A stretch of 64,000 bases of DNA from Verrucomicrobiota bacterium (GTDB lineage Bacteria > Verrucomicrobiota > Verrucomicrobiia > Limisphaerales > Palsa-1400), in NCBI GenBank assembly GCA_049510745.1, contig JBEKYR010000004.1:32001-96000 (forward strand). The letters are read 5' to 3'. Under the pieces are notes generated by a model. That model searched no databases. It was not told where the DNA came from and saw only the letters and a list, made by a program, of their open reading frames with translations. Both the position numbers and the translations under genes were made by a program. This document shows, piece after piece, positions 58,156 to 64,000 of the stretch; positions within the stretch are counted from its first letter, which is position 1; every line of letters begins with the position of its first letter.

Positions 58156-61100
58156 ATGAATTCTTCCATTGACCCTGGCGTCCGCTCCCCGCGGCGCGTG
58201 TTCCAACGCTTTTTCGCCGCCGCAATCGCCGTCCTGCTGGCGGGCGTCACTGCTCCGGCCAGGAGCGGGGCCGCCCAGACGCTCCACAGCCGGGCGGCGG
58301 CGCTGGCGGGCGGGTTGCAGCCGCTCGGCGCCGTGGACGGCGCGAGCCGTCTCAATCTCACGTTGAGCCTGCCGCTGCGCAATAAACCCGCGCTGACCAA
58401 TCTCCTGGGCCAACTTTATGATCCGGCCAGCCCGAACTTCCACCGCTACCTCACCCCGGCGGAGTTCGCGGCGCGATTCGGGCCGACGGAGGCGGATTAC
58501 CAGGCGGTGGTCGATTTTGCGCAAACGCACGGGCTGGACGTCCGGGCCAAACATTCCAATCGCACGTTGCTGGAGGTGCGGGGCAGCGCGTCCGCCGTCG
58601 AGAGCGCGTTTCACGTCCGCTTGCAACGCTATCAGCACCCCACCGAGGCGCGCACTTTTTTCGCGCCGGACAGGGACCCTGCGGCGGATCTGAGTGTGCC
58701 GTTGCTGGGAGTCAAGGGTCTGGACAATTACAGTTTGCCGCACCCCAACCACCGGCACTTGCCGTTGAGCCAGGCGCCGGCCAACCGGCCCCGCGCCGGT
58801 TCGGGCCTGGAAGGCCTTTACATGGGAAATGATTTCCGGGCCGCATACGTGCCCGGCGTGGCCCTCAACGGCTCCAATCAGTCGGTCGCGTTGCTGGAAT
58901 TTGACGGCTACGATCCGAGCGACATTCTTCAATACGAATCCAACGCCAGCCTGCCCAATGTCGCCCTGACAAACGTCTTGCTCGATGCCTTCGATGGAAC
59001 ACCGCAAAGCCAGGACGGGCAAGTCGAGGTGTCGCTGGACATCTCCATGGCCATTTCGATGGCGCCCGGTCTGGCCAGCGTCATTGTTTATGAAGGGGAG
59101 ATGAGCGACGATATTTTGAATCGGATGGCGACGGATGATTTGGCCAATCAACTCAGTTCCTCGTGGTCCTGGGCGCCGATGGATGAAACAACCGAACAGA
59201 TTTTCCAGCAGTTCGGCGCGCAGGGTCAATCGATGTTCCAGGCTTCGGGAGATTCCGGGGCTTACGTGGGACCGATCCCGCCCCCTTCCGACGATCCCTA
59301 CCTGACGGTGGTGGGCGGGACCACGTTGACGACCGCCGGCCCCGGCGGGCCGTGGGTGTCGGAAACGGTGTGGAATTGGTTTTCAACCGGCCTGGGTCAA
59401 GCCGCCGGCAGCGGGGGCGTCAGCACCGTTTATCCGATTCCCGCCTGGCAACAGGGCCTGGACCTTTCCAAGAGCCAGGGATCGGCCACCATGCGAAATA
59501 TCCCTGACGTAGCCCTGACGGCGGACAACGTCCTGGTCATCGCCGCCGGGCAGACGTGGTATGTGGGAGGGACCAGTTGCGCGACGCCGTTGTGGGCGGC
59601 GTTGACGGCGCTGATTAACGAACAGCAGGCGGCCAACAACCAGCCGCCGGTGGGCTTTCTCAACCCGGCCATTTACGCGCTGGCCACGAGCAGCCGTTAT
59701 GGCGCCACGTTTCACGACATCACCACCGGCAACAATACCAATTACAGCAGTCCAACCGCTTTCTTCGCCCTGCCGGGATACGATCTTTGCACGGGCTGGG
59801 GAACCCCGACGGGCAGTAACACCATCGCCGCCCTGGTGACGCCGGCGGACCCGCTTTTGGTCAGTCCCATCGCCGATGTGTTTCTTCAGGGAGTTCCCGG
59901 CGGTCCGTTTAACGCGGCCAGCCAGCCGATGACGTTGACCAACGGCGGCGGGGCGGCGCTCAACTGGACGCTGGGCAATCCGACCGCCTGGCTGCGGGCG
60001 TCGTTGACGGGCGGGACATTGGTTGCGGGCGGCCCGGCCCGGACGGTGACGGTCAGTTTGAATTCTCTCGCAAGCAATCTGGCGGTGGGAATTTACAACG
60101 CGACCCTCTGGTTCACCAACCAGAACGATCACCTCGCGCAGGCAAGACGGTTTACGCTGGAGATTCTGCCGCTGGAGCCGCCGCTGATCGTGGCGCAACC
60201 GCAAAGCCAGGTCATCCAAGCCGGCGCAACCGCAGTCTTCAACGTCACCGCGCAAGGGCGGCCCCTGTTCTATCAATGGCAGAAAAACGGGACCAACCTG
60301 ACGGATGGCGGCCATATCAGCGGGTCGGCCACCGCGGCGTTGACTGTGGCCAACGCCGGCGCCGCGGATGCCGCGGTGTACTCGGTCATTGTTTCCAACT
60401 CTCTCGGCACGGCGGCCGGCGCGGCGGTCACGCTGGAACTTTACGCGTTGGCCCCCGGTGCCATGAATCTGGTGCAAAACGGCGGCTTTGAAACCGGCAA
60501 TTTTTCATATTGGAACGAAGCGGGCTACTATTACTACGCTGTTGTCAGCAGCAATCCGCTCTATGTCCACTCCGGCGCCTACGGCGCGGCGCTCGGAGAG
60601 TACTACACCGTTCCGGGATTCCTTTATCAGACCCTCTCGACGACGCCGGGCAACTCGTATCTGATTTCGATGTGGCTGCACAGCCCCGACGGTGTGGCGC
60701 CGAATCAATTCGACGTGCTCTGGAATGGCGCGACGATTTTCGGCGCCACGAACATGGGCGCCGGCCCGTGGACCCAACTTCAATTCTTGGTCACGGCCAC
60801 CAGCGCCGCCAGCATCCTGCAACTCGGCTACGCGGACGAGTCGAGCGACCTGGGTTTGGATGATGTCAGCGTGAGCAACGTGACCATTTCCGCCGCGCCG
60901 CCGGCCATCGTCAACCCACCCGCCAGCCAATCAGCCGGCAGCGGGAGCGCGGCTGTGTTTACGGTCACGGCCGCCGGCACCGTGCCGCTGGGTTACCAGT
61001 GGGAAATCAACGGCGCCACGCTGAACAACGGCGGCAACGTCGCCGGCGCCACGACCGCCACCCTGACTCTGAGCAACGTGTCCGCCGCCAGTGACGCAAC

Positions 61101-64000
61101 GTATTCCGTGGTGGTCAGCAACGCTTACGGGACGACGGTCAGTTCCGGCGCGACGCTGACCGTTCTCCCGGCAACGCAAACCGTGGATTTGATTACCTTT
61201 GATGATCTGCCCGACAACGAAACCCTCTTGCCGGTGCCCGGCGGCTATGCGGGACTTTCCTGGAGCAACTTCCTCCAACTGGACGGCATCAACTACCCCT
61301 ATCCGAGCGGCTACGCGGCGGCGGTCATTTCCGCCAGCAACGTCGCGGTGAACGCGTCCGGAGAAGCCGCCAGCATTTCCAGCGCGAATCCCTTTACGCT
61401 GCTCAGCGCCTACCTGACCGCCCCTTGGAATGACAATTTGGAGGTGGAAGCCCAGGGATTCAGCGGCGCGCGCGTGATCTATGACAACACCTATACGTTG
61501 AGCGCGACGCAACCGACCTTGATCAATTTCAACTATGCGGGAGTGACCCGAGTCAACTTCATCGCTTCCGGCGGCACCGCGCATCTGGCCTACGCCGATT
61601 ACCCCACCGAGCAATTCGCGATGGACAACGTGGCGGTGGCGATCTCGTCGGCGCCGCAAATCATCTCCCAGCCGGCCGGCCGGAACGCGCCGCCAGGAGC
61701 GACGGTCACGTTTGGCGTCACGGTCAACGGCGCGGCGCCCTTGGTTTATCAATGGCAGCGGAACGGGATCGCGCTGACGGACGGCGGGCCAATTGCGGGT
61801 TCCGCCACCGCCACATTGACGCTGACCGGCGTGGCGGCCGCGAACGCTGGAATCTATTCGGTGCTTGTCACCAATGTCTTCGGGTCGGTGGCCAGCGCCG
61901 GCGCGGGTCTGGTTCTCTATAATCTGGCGCCGGGCGCCACAAACCTCGTGCAAAACGGAGGGTTTGAAACGGGCACCTTTGCCAACTGGACACTTTTCGG
62001 AGAAACAAACTACGATTATGTCGGCTCCTATTATATATGGGTCCACTCCGGCGCCTACGGCGCGGCCCTGAGCACCGGGGGGAATGGTTTTGGGTATCTT
62101 TCCCAAACGCTTTCCACCACACCCGGCGCGTCCTACCTGGTATCCTTCTGGGCGGAGAATCCTTTTGGCGAGACCCCAAACCAATTCCTGGTCAGTTGGA
62201 ATGGCAATCCCATTTTCTCCCAGGACAATTTTGATTCCTTGAACTGGACCAACCTCCAGTTCCTTGTCACGGCCGCCGGCAGCAACAGCGTGTTGGAGTT
62301 TGGTTACTCCTTCGAGTATTACGACGACTATTTTGGATTGGACGACGTGACCGCGACGAATGTCATTATCGATGCCGCCGCGCCCACGATTACCAGCCAG
62401 CCCGCCAGCCAACTGGTCGCGCCCGGCGGCAGCGCCGTCTTCGATGTCACGGCGCTGGCCAGCCCGCCGCCGGGCTACCAGTGGCAGTTCAATGGAACCA
62501 ATCTGAGCGACACCGGCGGGATCACCGGGTCCGCCACCTCCGCGTTGACGGTCGCCAATGCCTCTCCGGCCAACGCCGGGACCTATACGGTCGTGATCAG
62601 CAATGCCTACGGCACGGCGATCAGCGCTCCGGCGCTGTTGTCATTGCCGCCGCCCGGCCAGATTTTTAATCTGCTCACGTTTGACGACTTACCCGACACC
62701 GAGTCGGGCTTGGCCGTGTCCAATGGCTACCAGGGCTTCGGGTGGGCGAACTTCTACGAATTGGATGGAGTGAACTTCCCAGGTCCGAGCGGCTACAACG
62801 CGGCGGTGGTTTCCGCCAGCAACGTTGTCTATAACGGAGGCGGCGCCGCCGCCACGATCACCAACGAGCAACCGTTCAGTCTTATCTCCGCCTACCTCAC
62901 GGCCGCGTGGCGGGACGGATTGGAGGTGGAGGTCAGCGGTTACGCGGGCGGCGCGTTGCTGAATCGCAACACCTATATTCTGAACGCCACGGAACCGACG
63001 CTCATTCAGTTTAACTACGCCGGAGTGGACACCGTTGAATTCGTTTCCTACGGCGGAACGGCGCATGCCGGATACGCGGGCACCGGCGAGCAGTTCGCCA
63101 TGGATAACGTCACTCTTCTCGTGTCCGCCTCTCCGCCGCAGATTGCCGCGGAGCCTGCCAGCCAAGTCGCGCCCGTTGGCTCGACGGTGTCGTTTTCCGT
63201 GTCCGCCACGGGCGCGGCTCCGCTCAGTTACCAATGGCAAAAGAACGGCGTGCCGCTGGGCGACGGCGGCAACGTTTCCGGCTCCGCCACCGCCGCGCTG
63301 ACTCTCACCGCGGTTTCCGCCGGGGACGATGGCGTTTATGCCGTCACTGTCAATAATTCCGCGGGCGCGGCGGCCAGTTCCGGGGCCGCGCTCACCGTCT
63401 ATTCGGTGGTCGCCGGAGCGACGAACACGGTGCAAAACGGCGGCTTTGAGACCGGCGACTTTACCGGGTGGACTCTCTCCGGCAGCACCAACGACATCTT
63501 CATCAGCACCAATTCCTCCTACGCGCATTCCGGCCGCGACGGCGCCCAACTTGGGCCGGGCAGCCCTCCGGGCGGCTTGCTCTCGCAGACCTTGTCCACA
63601 GCGCCGGGGACGGCTTACTTGCTCTCGTTCTGGCTCGACAGTCCCGATGGCTTGACTCCAAACGAGTTCCTGGTTTCGTGGAATGGCGCCGTCCTCTTTG
63701 ACCAATCCAACCTCGGCGCGCTCGGCTGGACCAACCTGCAATTCGTGGTCGAAGCCGCCTCCGCCGCCAGCGTCCTGCAATTTGAATTCCTTGACGCTCC
63801 AAGCTATTTGGGCCTGGACGACATTACGCTGCAAAGCATCGACCTGACCCCGTCGATCCTCACGCCACCCGCCAGCCAGACCGCTTGCGCCGGCCAGACA
63901 GTGACATTCACGGTCGCGGCCGCCGGCAGCGGTCCCCTCGCCTACCACTGGCGCCGAAACGGGGCCAGCTTGAGCGACGGCAGCGGCCTCAGTGGGACGG
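58156..64000 (+). CDS. Large secreted S53 (sedolisin/kumamolisin) peptidase with pro-domain, Ig repeats and repeated CBM-like modules (runs off the right edge)
   Basis: Manual translation (not in ORF track): pro-domain LYDPASPNFHRYLTPAEFAARFGP; catalytic EVSLD, ASGDSG, GGTSCATP; YDLCTGWGTP; then I..QP..YQW Ig units alternating with NGGFETG and TFDDL modules. Confidence 0.92.
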   Translation, partial: MNSSIDPGVRSPRRVFQRFFAAAIAVLLAGVTAPARSGAAQTLHSRAAALAGGLQPLGAVDGASRLNLTLSLPLRNKPALTNLLGQLYDPASPNFHRYLTPAEFAARFGPTEADYQAVVDFAQTHGLDVRAKHSNRTLLEVRGSASAVESAFHVRLQRYQHPTEARTFFAPDRDPAADLSVPLLGVKGLDNYSLPHPNHRHLPLSQAPANRPRAGSGLEGLYMGNDFRAAYVPGVALNGSNQSVALLEFDGYDPSDILQYESNASLPNVALTNVLLDAFDGTPQSQDGQVEVSLDISMAISMAPGLASVIVYEGEMSDDILNRMATDDLANQLSSSWSWAPMDETTEQIFQQFGAQGQSMFQASGDSGAYVGPIPPPSDDPYLTVVGGTTLTTAGPGGPWVSETVWNWFSTGLGQAAGSGGVSTVYPIPAWQQGLDLSKSQGSATMRNIPDVALTADNVLVIAAGQTWYVGGTSCATPLWAALTALINEQQAANNQPPVGFLNPAIYALATSSRYGATFHDITTGNNTNYSSPTAFFALPGYDLCTGWGTPTGSNTIAALVTPADPLLVSPIADVFLQGVPGGPFNAASQPMTLTNGGGAALNWTLGNPTAWLRASLTGGTLVAGGPARTVTVSLNSLASNLAVGIYNATLWFTNQNDHLAQARRFTLEILPLEPPLIVAQPQSQVIQAGATAVFNVTAQGRPLFYQWQKNGTNLTDGGHISGSATAALTVANAGAADAAVYSVIVSNSLGTAAGAAVTLELYALAPGAMNLVQNGGFETGNFSYWNEAGYYYYAVVSSNPLYVHSGAYGAALGEYYTVPGFLYQTLSTTPGNSYLISMWLHSPDGVAPNQFDVLWNGATIFGATNMGAGPWTQLQFLVTATSAASILQLGYADESSDLGLDDVSVSNVTISAAPPAIVNPPASQSAGSGSAAVFTVTAAGTVPLGYQWEINGATLNNGGNVAGATTATLTLSNVSAASDATYSVVVSNAYGTTVSSGATLTVLPATQTVDLITFDDLPDNETLLPVPGGYAGLSWSNFLQLDGINYPYPSGYAAAVISASNVAVNASGEAASISSANPFTLLSAYLTAPWNDNLEVEAQGFSGARVIYDNTYTLSATQPTLINFNYAGVTRVNFIASGGTAHLAYADYPTEQFAMDNVAVAISSAPQIISQPAGRNAPPGATVTFGVTVNGAAPLVYQWQRNGIALTDGGPIAGSATATLTLTGVAAANAGIYSVLVTNVFGSVASAGAGLVLYNLAPGATNLVQNGGFETGTFANWTLFGETNYDYVGSYYIWVHSGAYGAALSTGGNGFGYLSQTLSTTPGASYLVSFWAENPFGETPNQFLVSWNGNPIFSQDNFDSLNWTNLQFLVTAAGSNSVLEFGYSFEYYDDYFGLDDVTATNVIIDAAAPTITSQPASQLVAPGGSAVFDVTALASPPPGYQWQFNGTNLSDTGGITGSATSALTVANASPANAGTYTVVISNAYGTAISAPALLSLPPPGQIFNLLTFDDLPDTESGLAVSNGYQGFGWANFYELDGVNFPGPSGYNAAVVSASNVVYNGGGAAATITNEQPFSLISAYLTAAWRDGLEVEVSGYAGGALLNRNTYILNATEPTLIQFNYAGVDTVEFVSYGGTAHAGYAGTGEQFAMDNVTLLVSASPPQIAAEPASQVAPVGSTVSFSVSATGAAPLSYQWQKNGVPLGDGGNVSGSATAALTLTAVSAGDDGVYAVTVNNSAGAAASSGAALTVYSVVAGATNTVQNGGFETGDFTGWTLSGSTNDIFISTNSSYAHSGRDGAQLGPGSPPGGLLSQTLSTAPGTAYLLSFWLDSPDGLTPNEFLVSWNGAVLFDQSNLGALGWTNLQFVVEAASAASVLQFEFLDAPSYLGLDDITLQSIDLTPSILTPPASQTACAGQTVTFTVAAAGSGPLAYHWRRNGASLSDGSGLSGT

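Overview
GC-rich bacterial chromosomal segment. Gene content (long GreA, ECF sigma factor with a C-terminal extension, prepilin/H-X9-DG proteins, TMTC-like TPR protein, Ig-rich S53 protease) suggests Verrucomicrobiota subdivision 3; this is an inference. The housekeeping backbone includes a ClC channel, SulP, cutA, a clpX-like gene, glgB, infA, greA, rsmB, valS, cimA, rluD, lspA, gcvH/gcvT, a GH2 enzyme and tRNA-Thr(CGT). Small selfish-looking cassettes punctuate it: five toxin-antitoxin-like pairs, an orphan HigA, and Uma2, GxxExxY and GIY-YIG nucleases. The most striking non-coding structures are: (i) a four-unit tandem array between cimA and valS, made of a GxxExxY nuclease cassette bounded by 9-bp-periodic inverted repeats, with one intact and three similarly truncated copies, each carrying duplicated gene termini; (ii) dispersed gene-less relatives of such periodic inverted repeats; (iii) three MITEs with TIRs and TSDs whose interiors are REP-like palindromes; (iv) a VapBC cassette flanked by a 56-bp duplication of a host gene 3' end; (v) a decayed integrative element next to tRNA-Thr. 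Family assignments come from motif recognition only; no database searches were run.
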